From: Felis catus
Taxonomy: Eukaryota
Reading direction: 5' to 3'
DNA length: 64,000 bases
NCBI RefSeq assembly: GCF_018350175.1
Contig: NC_058377.1
Coordinates: 30,566,001 to 30,630,000, forward strand
Shown: in pieces, positions 39,263 to 51,951 of the stretch
How positions within the stretch are numbered: position 1 is the first letter of the stretch
Layout: each line of letters starts with the position of its first letter
Notes under the pieces: model-generated
Seen by the model: only the letters and a program-made list of their open reading frames with translations
Told to the model about the DNA's origin: nothing
The model's database searches: none
Program-made: the position numbers and the translations under genes

Positions 39263-39664
39263 TGCCTCTCTCCTGAAGACAACGAGGTGATGTCTAAGCA
39301 GAGATGACATAATGAAATCTAAGTTCTAGAAAGAAAATTCCAGCAAAGTGTGACATGACTAAAGAGTTCAGCCAGGAGGCCATGCAGGTCTGCAGAGGGG
39401 ACTTGAATGGCAGCACAAACTCAAGGGGCATGGGAGGGAGGAGAAGGTTGGGAGAGGTAGCTGGGGTGGGGAGAGGGGAACAAGCATGAGGGGTAGCACT
39501 CTGAAGCTTGTGGGACTGAGCTGATGTTGAAGCCACCTTTCAACAGCTTCTGAGGAGGAGGAGGCTGTTTAGCTCTCCAGAACTCCTACTTAAGGGTGAA
39601 AACTCCTCCAACAATCTGGATGTCAACTGTGACCCCTCCATGCTTCCACTACTGCCACCCCTCT

Positions 39665-39795
39665 CCCAGTGCAAGGAACCACCCTTCAAAAGACCCTTCA
39701 CCACAACTTTCAGGGCCCAGGAGAGGTGGCCCAGTGCAAAGAATCACCCTTCAAGAGACCCTTCACCACAACTTTCAGGGCCCAGGAGAGGTGGC
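39665..39795. repeat. 65-bp tandem duplication
   Basis: Copies start at 39665 and 39730; 3 mismatches. Confidence 0.95.
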
Positions 39796-42700
39796 ATCCC
39801 ACTGTGCCATTTCTCTCTCCATCCCTTGAATGGATGGAGATGGAGACCCTGAAAGAAGGAAGGACTCCCTGTGGCCCTAAGCAGACCAGTCACAGATGAA
39901 GATGACCACTCTGGGCTCCTGATGTCCAGCGTCCATCTGTCTTTCAAGACACTGAAGCTCCTATGGCCTGCTGTTGGCACAAAACAGGGACTCTGGAAGC
40001 ACGGGCACACTGGGTCAGTCTGTGTGAGGAGAGACTGAGCCTCCTTACCACCCCAATTCCTTACGTCCCCTCAAATGAGCCCTGAAGACAAGTTAAAGTG
40101 TTGTATCCCAGTGCCTTGGGGCCTGAAGCAGGTCTCTACACCTCAAAAAGCTCCAGCTACCTTACCCATATAGATTATTTCTAGTTGTCTGGCTTGTGGA
40201 TGGTAGTAGCACTTCTGATGGGTTAGTACTGATCTCCTGAAGCACTGTGTTCAGAAGGACTCTGAGGCAGCATTTGGGCTTAGCAGAAGTGCTATGGTTA
40301 ATTAGTGATGTCTGGGTTGAGTGCTAACAGATGCTGTAGCAATGTAATCGCTGCTTATTAACTACTCCTGAGTAAGAACAACTGACCGGGATCATTTGCA
40401 AAGACTCTTCCAGCTCTCAAGTTCTATGGTTTAAACAGTAAATTTCAAGGCACTGGCTGGAAGCACAATAAGTCAGGGGAGGAAGAGCTTTGTGTGGGTT
40501 AGAATCACCAGGAAAGACTTTGGGAAGAGGCGGCTCTTTAGCTAGGCCTTGGAGTGGGGGAGTATGAGTAGCTGTACAGAAGGTGGGAGGACATTTATGT
40601 GCATAAAAATTGGGCTGAGCATGGGCTGTTTTTGATACAGGAAGGAGGAGGCCAGCATTGCTGGAATGCACTGTCTTTGTTTGGGGCAGATGAGACATGC
40701 AAGGCTTGGTCATATAGAAAAACAAGAACTAACATTTATTAAGAGCTTACTATGCGGAAAGCCACAGAACAAAGATGACTTTCCACAAAATATCTTGTTC
40801 AACCCTCACAACACACCCACAAGGTAAGTCCTATTACTAGCCTTCTTTTATAGAATGGAAACACAGAGACATAAAGGACTTGCTCAGGGTCATATGGCTA
40901 GTTGGAGGTAGAGTCAGGTTTTCAGCCCAGGCAATGTGGTCCTGATGTTTGCAGGTATAACCTCTCTGCTCTGTTGTACCCCTCCTCTTAAAAGTAAGCA
41001 CAGTGAGGGAACCCAACGAAGCAGTTGAAACATCATGGGTGATTCTCTGAGGTCCAGAGAGAGGGCAGGAACAGCTGCATCTTGAAGAAAGGAGACCTAG
41101 GACATCAATCACAGGAGCAAATCCGAGCCAAGAACTTGGCAGTGTGGATACAGATCACAGTAACCACTAAGCGCCCTGGGTCCCTGCTCCTGGACACTTT
41201 CCCCAAACCCTAAATAATCTACTGGATGGTGTCCCAGCACTGCAGTTAAAGGCAGCAGGGCATGATATTCCAGGGATTTGGGGCTCAGCATGTGAAGGTA
41301 GAAATAGATCCAACCCCGCTTGTACCACAAGCTCAGAAACAGAAGGCAGCAGCCTGAATCAAGATCTCATTTTAGAGATCTTAGCTTAGCCCTGCCTTTG
41401 CCCTGGGCTGCAGCCTCTGGCCATCTTGGCACTGTCCCTGCCTGGCACCTGGTGGTGTGCAGGGGAACTTATGTCCCTTCTCCCTCTTTTCCTAGCACTC
41501 TCTCATTCCTTCATTCCTTTCTGGGTTTAGGGACAAGTCCAGCCTCTCTCCAACTTGGACTCTTATCTTAGTTCAGTAGGACCAGAGAAGTACTGCTGTG
41601 CATCTCCCTGCTTCCAAGCACCTGGGCAGAGGAGGAGACTCATGTCTTCTCATTCTTCCTTCACCACTAATACCACTTGACCCGGCCACCCAACAGCCCT
41701 GTACCATGCAGGCATGGCTCAGAAATCTGGGGATCAGCATGAAACTAGCCTGGGAACTTCCAGCCTTTCTCACAATCTCCCTCTCTGCACCCCGACCCTC
41801 GTTCTCTTTCTCAGCTGATTCTACTCACTCTCAGGACTGCCTTGAGGCCCTTCCATCTGGCTTCAGGGAGGCCTCTGGCTGCCACTGCACTGATAAAGGG
41901 ACAGAGCCATAACAAATGACTGAAAGTTCCCGCTAACCACCTGCTAAGCTTCCACTTTTGTTGTCCAGAATATGTTCATTGACCAAACACCTGATTTTGT
42001 AACTCTTTTTCTAGAACTTTCCTCCTTCCCAGGCTATTGGACCACAGTGGCCATCCCCACTGTCAGGAATCTCATCCTCATTTTCCAGCTTACCTTCTCA
42101 AATGCCTCTATTCCTTCTTGTTCTGGGGATTAGCAGGACCTGACCCCACAGTCACACTATCCTTAGTACCCTGCCTCAGCAAAAACAGTTACCCAAAGCT
42201 TACAGCCCCAGCCTCTTGGACCTGAAGCACTGAAAGAAGGCTTTCCGTCCAGCCAGTAGCAAAGGAAAGAAAACCTAGACTTTTTTTTCTGTCTACCTTG
42301 AAGAAGCCAAGTGGAAGGCCCCACAACTCTCCCTAGACCCCTGAGCTTTGCTTTCTTCCCAGTGGACCCAATAGTCAGGTGTCCTGAGCTAGGCAAATCT
42401 CCAGCAGCCAACCTTTCCTCTCTCTTGTTTCCTTCTCTTCTCATGTATCTCCCTCCATCCCTCCAATCATTTCAGAAGTTCTCTGGAGCTATCCCCCATA
42501 GAACTCATGTTGTGTCTAGTGTTAGAGGCAAGAAATGCAATACTGAGTCTCTCTCTGTCTGGGGAGCAAGGCCATAAGAAAGCAGAGGTAGAGAGCTCTG
42601 CCAGCAGCCCTGGAGAGGGATCACAGCCCAGAACAGAAGCCAATGCCCTGACCATCACCTGCTGCTTGGCTCATGCACACTCTGGAGTCCTGGGGTACTA

Positions 42701-43499
42701 TATTCTCACTGCCCCTAGCTGGTGTGGGACTAACAGGAGAGAATGGAACAGACCCCCAGAAGGCATGGAGGCATTCCCATGGAATTCATGAAGATAACCC
42801 CAAATATTTTCCAGTGGAAATATATGTCTTTGGCCTTTAGCCCTCAAAGTGCTATTTCCTAAGGGAAGGGCATGTCACCCAGCTGGTGGCTAGGAGGGGC
42901 TAGAATAGGTGGGTGCCATTGCTGGAGGAGTAGCAGCCATTTTGACCCCATCATACCCTGTTGTCTGTGGAATAAAGGCCCAGTTACATAAAGCTCCAGC
43001 TGACTTGGTATAAACTATGACTAAGAAAACTTTCTAAAGACAGTTGGTGGTCCTCCACCCCCCTGCAACTGGTGAGAACTACCCCCACAGAGAGCAGAGC
43101 AGAGATTAGGGCTCCTAGCTCCATGGCCCTGACTCATCACACACAAAAACACTCCCCAACACTTTTTCCCAAAACGGTTCCCCTCCTACCCGTCCACCCT
43201 CCTACCCAGGCAGGGTGACAAAAATGAACACCCCAGAGATCTTTCCAAGTTCTAGGCCAGGCTGAGCCCAGGGAGTATGAAATTCTCCACAGAATGGGAA
43301 GGCCAGCTCCCCCACAGAAACAAAGTCCATTCAAAGGGAAGTCACCACTGACCCTACTATCATCACTGTATTGTTTCTCAAATAGCTTGAACTACCTTCC
43401 CTCAAAAGAGCCAAAGTCTGTAATCATAAAATATTAGAGCTTAAAGGAAACTTAAAGGTCATCCTTAACCCCTTTTCTCCTTCCCTATTTCCGTGCATC

Positions 43500-44280
43500 T
43501 ACTTATATATTCATCTATTTATCCACTCATGAAATAGTTATTGAGTTACTACTATTTGCATATATGGTGCAGGCAACGGGGATCTAAGAGATGCAGTGTC
43601 TCCTCAAGGAGCTTATCATCTAGATGGTAAGAAAGGCAGGTGAAAGGAAGTTGCTATAGTGTGATAAATACCGTGACAGGAAGGACATATGTTCCAGAAG
43701 CACCAGGAGGGCAAAGCATCCAAAGGACTAGAGGCAGGGTGTTCATGACACTTACTGGATGAGTGTCAAAAAGGAGGTAAATTCCACTTCCATTCATATC
43801 CATTTTGAGATACAAAAAGGAGGTAAATTCCATTTCATTCAGTAAGGGGTCTGTTCAACATGTAATATGGACAAAGCACAGTGTTAAGCATCTTACCTGA
43901 AATGAATTCATGTGGTATCCACAAATGGATGGGGGATATAAAATAAAGCTACAAATGACCAGAATATACTATGAAGCACCCAAGAGAAGGACCCATGGAG
44001 TCCTAGGGAGAATTTAAGAAAGGGTGAGGAGAAATATCCAGTTGGGAAAATCAGAAAAGCTACATAGAACAAGTGGAATTGGGTTTTATCTTGGGAATGC
44101 ATAGAATTTAGAAGCACAGGTGGGGTGGGAAGGGCAATTCCAAGCAAAAATAATGGTATTAGCAAAGCTTAAGAATCAGTGATGTCTGTTTGAGAGAATG
44201 AGAATATACCAGTTTGACTAAAGTTTATAAGACAAAGCAATGGTAGATGCAGCTTAAACATAGGCCAAGGTCTTATAATA
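43500..44280 (-). mobile_element. L2 fragments
   Basis: 'tttatccactcatgaaatagttattgag', 'ctcaaggagcttatcatctagatgg' and downstream L2-like purine-rich sequence. Confidence 0.6.
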
Positions 44281-44366
44281 ATGGATAATTCTTAAATTTA
44301 AAGCAAAGCCCAGAGAGACTAGGAAATTTAATGAAGGTCACAGAGTTAGTAGAAAGCAGGTCTTCT

Positions 44367-44562
44367 GGAGGCACCTGGGTGGCTCAGTCAGTAAACAACT
44401 CTTGATTTCGGTTCAGGCATGATCTCACAGTTCGTGAGATTGAGCCCCCAGTCAGGCTCTGCAATGACAGCGTGAGGTCAGCTTGGGATTCTCTTTCTTT
44501 CCCTCTCCACCCATCCCCTACTATCTCTCTCAAAGTAAATAAATAAACTTTTTTTTTTTCAA
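44367..44562 (+). mobile_element. Can-SINE
   Basis: SINE head and tail; TSD agaaagcaggtct. Confidence 0.93.
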
Positions 44563-45337
44563 AGAAAGCAGGTCTGTCTTCTGGATTCAACTTCAAGGCT
44601 CCTTCTGCAGGTACTAGGCATGCCAGTTTCTCGCCTTGCCACAAGTAAGCCCCCTCTTTGATGGAGGAGCACGGTGGCTGATTCCTCTCTCCCCTTGTCA
44701 GCGGGGCTCTCACTGCAAAGCAAGCTGACCCCAGGCTAGCAATTCAAACTGCTCTACACTCTCTCCGGCATTTTTTAGATGAATATGTAGATTTTCTTAA
44801 AGAAGGTAGAAGAATAGCTAACTGACTGGGTTAGGTTCTCACTTTGGCCCTTGTCCAGCCCAGTTTNNNNNNNNNNNNNNNNNNNNNNNNNNNNNNNNNN
44901 NNNNNNNNNNNNNNNNNNNNNNNNNNNNNNNNNNNNNNNNNNNNNNNNNNNNNNNNNNNNNNNNNNNNNNNNNNNNNNNNNNNNNNNNNNNNNNNNNNNN
45001 NNNNNNNNNNNNNNATTCAGGAAAGACCTGAAATTCCTATGGGTAGTCTTCTTTCTTCTTCCTCCCCAAGGCATCTCTCCCCCCACTGACCTGTGGTCTC
45101 TTTAGTGTTAACCCTTTATTGCTTTAAGTACAGGCTCAGTTCTATGCTTGAGTCTATGTGGGTGTTTATGACTACAAGTTCTCAAAATACTGAGAGACAC
45201 TGTACACAGAATTCCCTTTGAACACTCAAGCACGGAACACCAAACAACTAATCATCTAAAGCTGGTAATTGGCATTGAAGGGCTGGCTTGGGGGAGTGGC
45301 AGGGAGGGGGCGGGTAAGGAATTGTAATGGCAAGAGC

Positions 45338-45356
45338 CAGCCACAAGGTGGTGCCG
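45338..45356 (+). promoter_or_regulatory. CTCF motif in a small CpG-enriched patch
   Basis: cagccacaaggtggtgccg matches the CTCF core CCAC-AGGTGG-GC; GC box at ~45308; many CpGs in 45300-45520. Confidence 0.6.
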
Positions 45357-46731
45357 TGAGGCTGGCGGAAGGGTTTGCTCGGCTAGAAGCGGAGCTGCGT
45401 TCCTGCCTCAGATGGTGTGCGCTCGGGCTGGACAGCTTTCCCCTAGGAAGGCCACAGACCCGGGCTGGCAGCGGAATCCAGGAACGCGGGGTGTAGACTC
45501 ACAGACGCAGTGTTTGCTCTTTGCTCTCCTCTTCTCCTTTTACAAGCCATCCGTGACCAAGAGCAGCACAGGGCACACCTAAGGGCTTCCGCAGTTGGAT
45601 CCTGCTCTACAATGAATGGGGAGCAGCAGTGGGGACTCAGCCTAGCATGGGAAGAAATCTGTGCCTGTGGGTGTTTATCTATGTCCTTGAGGTTTGAGAG
45701 ACTAAATGGCGGGGCCAAAGATGCTTTCTTCTTAGCCTAACAAACTTCTTGGAAACAAAGCCAATTCCTGGAGGGAAGCTGCTTGGACACTTGCTGCTGC
45801 CCCAGAATGGGAGATTTTAAGGGGCTTTCATAAGATAGGGTCTGGATGCCTCTAAGAAGTACAAAAGAGTTTCCTTTCTGTTTTCCATCCAAAATTCACC
45901 CTACATATAAACCATACAAATCAAAAATTTCTCTCACTTCAATTCATACCTGTTGTTAAATATGTATTTCTACAAATGCCCTTTTCCAGATACCTCTCAA
46001 TAGCTTTCTGCAAAGTACTGCTCAGAAAGACATCTGTGCGCACACACAGGCGTACACATATCCATCTTCAGCCCAACCATGCATTCCACACATACCACTT
46101 CCACCCTCTCCATATCTCACACAAGGATCCCGCACAGAGTTATATACATATTTATCGCGTATGCATTTCTCCACACAAAAAGGCAAAAGCATGCAAGTGT
46201 GCATGCACACACACCCCAAGATGGTAGACCCCGTGTAATGCAGAGACAAGAATAACAAAACCCATGCAGGGTGAGTGCCAAACCCCATTTGACCTTGCAG
46301 TGGGATGTTTGTTTCCATCTTACACATACTGGTTCTGAGCTCAGCTTGGGGAGACGGAGATGAAGAAGGAAACACAAAAGAGAGTTTATCAAAGAGGCTG
46401 ACTGCAACCTCTCCTCAGCGATGAAGACAAAAATTACATAATGAGAGACAAGTTTTGATTTGGATTTTTTTGCAAGGTCAGCAAAGTTTGAGGGAGATGG
46501 ACTCAGTCTCAGTATGAGCCAGGAAGAGTTGCCGCAGACCTTTGAATTGCCTTTCACAGGTCAATCAAGGGTCAGGGTGTTTGTTGATGTAAGAAAGAGA
46601 AGTTAAATATGTGTGGATCTGTGTGTGTGAGAGTGTATGAGTAAATAAGTAGGGGAGTGGAGAGCAAGGTGGGGAAGAGGAAAGGTCAAAACCAGAGAGG
46701 TGGAAGTAAGCAATTGAGAAAGAGTACAGAC

Positions 46732-47105
46732 TGTTAAAAAAGAAAGAACAAGCCCAAAATGGAGTCATATGACTCCAACAACACCAGCAACTTAAATGGT
46801 TTCAACCTCTCCCAGGAATGTCACCTTAACAGTCAGTCTGAAATTTCCTGATCAGCACTAATGAGGTCATCTTCTCGGCAAAAACCCTGCCATTCCCCCT
46901 TCACAAAAGAGATGTCCTGGCCTGAAACAATCCTTTCTTTTCTTTTGCTAGTAACTTCTTTGTCCCACCCTCCTTTCTCTGAAAACCTTCCATTGTGTAC
47001 AACTCCTCAGACCATCTCTCCATTGGCTAAATAGAATGCTGCTCAATTCACGAATCACTGAATAAAGCTATTTAGATCTCCAAACTTAGTCGAAATTTTT
47101 TAACA
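46732..47105 (+). mobile_element. 5' LTR
   Basis: tgttaaaa...ttttaaca termini, aataaa signal, homologous to 58195-58564. Confidence 0.93.
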
Positions 47106-47109
47106 GATT

Positions 47110-47127
47110 TGGTGGCAGTGGTAGGAT
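47110..47127 (+). other. Primer-binding site, tRNA-Leu
   Basis: tggtggcagtggtaggat vs TGGTGGCAGCGGTGGGAT (complement of the tRNA-Leu 3' end), 16/18, 4 nt after the LTR. Confidence 0.85.
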
Positions 47128-47882
47128 CTGAAGCAAACCTCTGATGGTACTCAGAAATAAGATAAACAGGCAATGGAGCCCAACAAACCCTTTTGAGTTC
47201 ATTGTCTTTCTCGCCATTTCTGAGGGCTATGAGTAAATTTCTGTCAATTCTAAGCTCTATTTTCTTTGCATTGCACTCCTGATTTAATTGGCTTTCCTTT
47301 ACAGGGAAGGTCAACTTGAGTTGGCAGACAGTTCTGCCCAGAGCCCAACTGAACTGGCATATCTGCCCAAAGCCCAATTAGCTAGCAGATGGTTCTGCTT
47401 GGAGCCAGGCCCCTAGCCTTTCAAACTGCAGTTCCCCAGGTTGAAAACCCCAGACCTTAGCTCTGTCTCTGGATTCCACAGTGGGAAATCTGATGGTTTG
47501 GTTTGCAATTCCCCATTTGTTTGGAATCCCTCCCCAAATTCCATGTTGGGTACTGGTGATGAGTTCCCAGTTCTCCATTTGTTTAGAATCAGTCCCCAGG
47601 CCCCATTCCCTGCAAGTTCAGTCCTCTCCCCATTTTTCAGATTATTAGTGTGACTCCAGGAAAATGAAAGGCCTAGCTAAAAGAGAGGGGATCCTTTATT
47701 TCCAGAGAGCTGTGCATGCCACCTTCTGGCACACCTACTTACTTTATGTATGAGAACTAGATTTCTATAAGTTGCAGATTATCTAGTAAGATGGCAAAAT
47801 TTTACTAAAAATAACCTTGAATTACAATGGCCATTATGAGGAATGTTCCAAATAGAGAAGATCATTTAAAAAGTACACTCAT

Positions 47883-48100
47883 GGGGCACCTGGGTGGCGC
47901 AGTCGGTTAAGCGTCCGACTTCAGCCAGGTCACGATCTCGCGGTCCGTGAGTTCGAGCCCCGCGTCAGGCTCTGGGCTGATGGCTCAGAGCCTGGAGCCT
48001 GTTTCCAATTCTGTGTCTCCCTCTCTCTCTGCCCCTCCCCCGTTCATGCTCTGTCTCTCTCTGTCCCAAAAATAAATAAAAAAAGTTGAAAAAAAAATTT
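47883..48100 (+). mobile_element. Young felid SINE (SINEC_Fc-type)
   Basis: Near-consensus; TSD aaaaagtacactcatg. Confidence 0.97.
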
Positions 48101-48115
48101 AAAAAGTACACTCAT

Positions 48116-48337
48116 GTGGTGCCTGGGTGGCTCAGTTGGTTAAGCGTCTGACTTCCACTCAGGTCATGATCTTCCGTTCCTGGGTTTGAGCCCCGCATCA
48201 GGCTCTGTGCTGACAGCTCAGAGCCTGGAGCCTGCTTTGAATTTTGTGTCTCCCTCTCTCTCTGCCCCTCCTCTGCTCATGCTCTGTCCCTCTCTGTCTC
48301 TTAAAAAATAAAATAAAACATTAAAAAATTTTTTTTC
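48116..48337 (+). mobile_element. Can-SINE
   Basis: TSD agtacactca. Confidence 0.95.
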
Positions 48338-48966
48338 AGTACACTCAAAAGCAAGGGGTTTCAAATCAAACAATGAGATGCCTGTTTTAATTAGTATGCA
48401 GAAGCCTTCAAAAGCTTTCAAAATTCTAACATAGCTTCATAGAATGATTCATTGCAAAAGGCTAGTGAAAAATTAAAGAGATAAAAGATATGTAAAACAA
48501 AAGCTACAACCCAATTCTTTAGGGAATTGGAAAGAGCTGCTTTTGTCATATAAATCTCTGCCAGGCCAAAGGTGTTGCTCTAGAAGTTCAAAGTTCACCT
48601 TCCCCTTCCAATCCCTTAAACCTCACCTATTCCTCTCAAAATGCTTGAAAAGATCAAAATATTGGAGATAAAATTGTTCTGCACTCAATCTGTATTTTGT
48701 GATGTAGATTTTTATCCTCCTCTTCTCTAGGACCAAAGAGCCATTCTTTGAACTTCAAACTTTAGGGAGAAGTTTCTTTTCAGAAGAACAAAGAGAAAGA
48801 GAGGGAAGTATTTGAAAATTGGGCCTAAAATGTCCTCTCCACAAATATTAGTAAAAACAAAAGCTATAAGATTTTTGTGTCAGTGTGTGTGTACATGCAT
48901 GCACATGCATATAGTAAATATGAGATATTTTTCCATCTCCAGATGGTATTGCTAAAATTAATTTGT

Positions 48967-49180
48967 TTTTTTAATGTTTATTTATTTTGAGAGAGAGAGA
49001 GAGAGAGAGAGAGAGTAACGGGGTGAGGGGCAGAGACAGAGGGAGACAGAGAATCCCAAACAGGCTCCACACTGCCAGCACAGAGCCCGATGCAGGGCTC
49101 AAACCCACAAACCGTGAGTTCATGACCTGAGCTGAAATCAAGAGTCGGACGCTTAACCAACCGAGCCATCCAGGTGCTCA
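48967..49180 (-). mobile_element. Can-SINE
   Basis: TSD ctaaaattaatttgt. Confidence 0.95.
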
Positions 49181-49251
49181 ACTAAAATTAATTTGTAAGA
49201 GAGCTATATTTAGCCAGTTTGGAGGCAAGCACTTATAAGGATGGGGCATTC

Positions 49252-50676
49252 TTTTTTTTTAATTAATTAATTAGTTTTTTTTTTCTCTACGGGAAAGACT
49301 TTATTTTTAAAATTTAATTTATTTAAATTCAAGTTAATTAACATACAGAACATACAGCGTAGTATTGGTTTCCGGAGTAGAACACAGTGATTCACCATTT
49401 ACATATAACACCCAGTGCTCATCCCAACAAGAGCCCTCCCTAATGCTCATCACCCATTTAGCCCATCCCCCACCTGCCTCCCCTCCAGCAACCTTCAGTG
49501 TGTTCACTGTATTTAAGACTCTCTTATGGTTTGCCTCCCTCTCTGTTTTTACCTTATTTTTCCTTCCCTTCCCCTACATTTTTCTGTTGTATTTCTTAAA
49601 TTCCACGTGTGAGTGCAATATATTTGTCATTCTCTGTCATTCTCTGATCGATTTATTTTGCTTAACATAATTCATTCTAGTTCCATCCACATTGCTGCAA
49701 ATGACAACATTTCATTCTTTTTGATCCCTGAGTAGTATTCCATTGTATATATGATGAAGCACCATGAGGCAGGCTGAGGGCAAAACACAAACTAGCACCC
49801 CACCCCATCCTAGGTGGGACTTATGATATTCCCTGGACACTCCTGGCTACCCCAAAAAAGAAAGAACAAAAAACAAATGGTTAAACTGAAAAGAGTCTCC
49901 ACCAGTTTACCAGAAAAAGGCAATCTCATCAACAGCCTAAAGTCCAGGTACTCCTTACTGTCTCAATGTTAATGTGTTGCTAGAGGGAGAAACAACCTTA
50001 TCTTCACAATAGCTAAGCCTCTAGTAAGTCTTTAGCATGTGAAAGTCTCTTTGGACTCCCTCTTGACTTTACCTCTCTGGACTCAATCCCTACAAGTAAA
50101 GTGAAGCTCTTCCTGCCCATTGGTCCTATCTCCATGCTTTAATAAAATCACCTTTTTGCACCAAAGATGTCTTCAAGAATTCTTTCTTGGCTATCAGCAA
50201 TGGACCCCACAAACCCCCCATAACCCCAAAACTTCATCATATATATCCCACATCTTCTTTATCCATTCATCAGTCAATGGACATTTGGGCTCTTTCCATA
50301 CTTTGGCTATTGTTGATAGCACTGCTATAAACATTGGGGTGCTTGTGCCCCTTTGAATCAACATTTTTGTATCCTTTGAATAAATACCTAGTAGTGCAAT
50401 TGCCAGGTCATAGGGTAGTTCTGTTTTTAATTTTTGGAGGAATCTCCATACTGTTTTCAAGAGTGGCTGCACCAGTTTGCATTCCCACCAGCATTGCAAA
50501 TGAGATCCTCTTTCTCTGCATCCTCGCCAACATCTGTCATTGCCTGAGTTGTTAATGTTAGCCATTCTGACAGGTGTGAGGTGGTATCTCATTGTGGTTT
50601 TGATTTGTATTTCACTTACCATGAATGATGTCGAGCATCTTTTCATGTGTCTGTTAGCCCTCTGGATGTCTTCTTT
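49252..50676 (-). mobile_element. 5'-truncated carnivore L1 (ORF2 C-terminus and 3'UTR), split by a solo LTR
   Basis: ORF 50194-50646(-) HLTPVRMA...CWRGC...[11 protein letters not shown]...KEPKCPLTDEWIKKMW is L1 ORF2. Confidence 0.95.
49752..50239 (+). mobile_element. Solo LTR inside the L1
   Basis: Inverted termini tgatgaag...cttcatca, TSD tata, aataaa near the 3' end. Confidence 0.9.
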
Positions 50677-50760
50677 ATTCTGTCTGAGTTTACTAGTTAA
50701 ATTCCTGTTGTCCTATTGCAAAACTGTCAGCAAAAAATAGATGACTAGAATGATGGCTGA

Positions 50761-51320
50761 GGGCACCTGGGTGACTCAGTCAGCTGAGTGTCTGACTTCA
50801 GCTCAGGTCATGATTTTGCAGTTCATGGGTTCAAGCCCCACATCGGGCTCTGTGCTGACAGCTCAGAGCCTGGAGCCTGCTTCTGGTTCTGTGTCTCCCT
50901 CTTTCTTGGCCCCTCCCCCCCTCGCACTCTGTCTCTCTCTCAAAAATAAACATAAAAAAATTATTTAAAAAAAGAGTACACTTACTGTGATGAGCACTAA
51001 GCAATGTATAGAATTATTGAATCACTGTATTGTACACCTGAAAGTAATATAACACTGCCTGTTAATTATATTGGAATTAGAAAAAAATAATTTAGGGACA
51101 TCTGGATGGCTCAGTTGGTTAAGCATCTGACTTTGGCTTAGGTCATGATTTCATGGTCCATGAGTTCGAGCCCTGTGTCAGGCTCTGTGCTGACAGCTCA
51201 GAGCCTGAAGCCTGCTTCAGATTCTGTCTCCCTCTCTCTCTGCCCCTCTCCTGCTCATTCTCTGTCTCTCTGTGTCTCTCTCTGAAATAAATAAACATTA
51301 AAACAATTTTAAAAAGATTT
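50761..51320 (+). mobile_element. SINE (50761-50970), short L1 3' end (~50975-51090) and SINE (51095-51320)
   Basis: Two SINE heads/tails flanking 'gatgagcact...gaatcactgtattgtacacctgaaa'. Confidence 0.9.
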
Positions 51321-51327
51321 AAAAATG

Positions 51328-51918
51328 TGAAGTGAAATGTTGGGGTCTGGGAGCAAACAGTCAAGAAAGAATTTTTAAGACATCTTCAGTGCAAAAAAAT
51401 GGTTTTATTAAAGCACAGGGACAGGACTTGTGGCCAGAGAGAGCTGCACTGGAGTTGTGAGGAGTGGCCAATTATATACTTTCAAATTGGGAGGGAGAGG
51501 GTTAGGGATAGCATAAGTGTCTAAGGAGTTTGAAAGCAAGGTTTCCAGGACCTTGAGAGGCTAGCTGCTGTTAGGATAAGGTCATTTACTAATGTCTAGT
51601 ATACCCTTAGTCATGAGACTCTTCAGTGAGTATCAGTGGGTCGTGTGCTTGGAGGATCATTTCAAACATATATCTTGGGAGGTGGGTAGAGATAAAGGAA
51701 GTTTTCAAAGCGATTTTTATATGTTAAAGGAGAATTACAGGATTCTGGAGGTCAGACTAATGTCAAGCTAAGGTTGCCTTTTGCCCTTAGCAAAGTATTA
51801 ACATCCATGCAGTTGAATTTCTGGAGGAAAGTCACCATGCCTGTCCCAAGTACTTGTCAATGGGCTGCAAGTTGTAATGAAAGTTATTTTTTTTCTTTTG
51901 CCCTTGTTCTTGACATCA
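51328..51918 (-). mobile_element. Solo LTR, antisense
   Basis: tga...tca termini, TSD aatg; 3' part is reverse-complement similar to the 49752 LTR (aagaaagaattt..aagacatctt..gtgcaaaaa..ttttattaaagca). Confidence 0.88.
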
Positions 51919-51951
51919 AATGTAATTTACTTTTTAAAAAGGTCACCTGGC

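Larger units (their letters stand above)
47715..48430 (+). pseudogene. gag: gag (matrix-like) relic interrupted by two SINEs
   Basis: Translation PPSGTPTYFMY...YLVRWQNFTKNNLELQWPL*GMFQIEKI, with stops. Confidence 0.6.

Noticed and set aside
39665-39795. Direct repeats as a CRISPR-like array
   Set aside because: Eukaryotic DNA, only two adjacent copies, no spacers.
41550-41575. ttggactcttatctt resembling the ACKR1 (Duffy) promoter GATA site
   Set aside because: Only a short motif match, and no GPCR coding exon follows.
8552-43136. About 14 TGA(C/G)TCA AP-1 sites as window-wide enrichment
   Set aside because: The motif is common in mammalian DNA; the excess is not convincing without a matched background.
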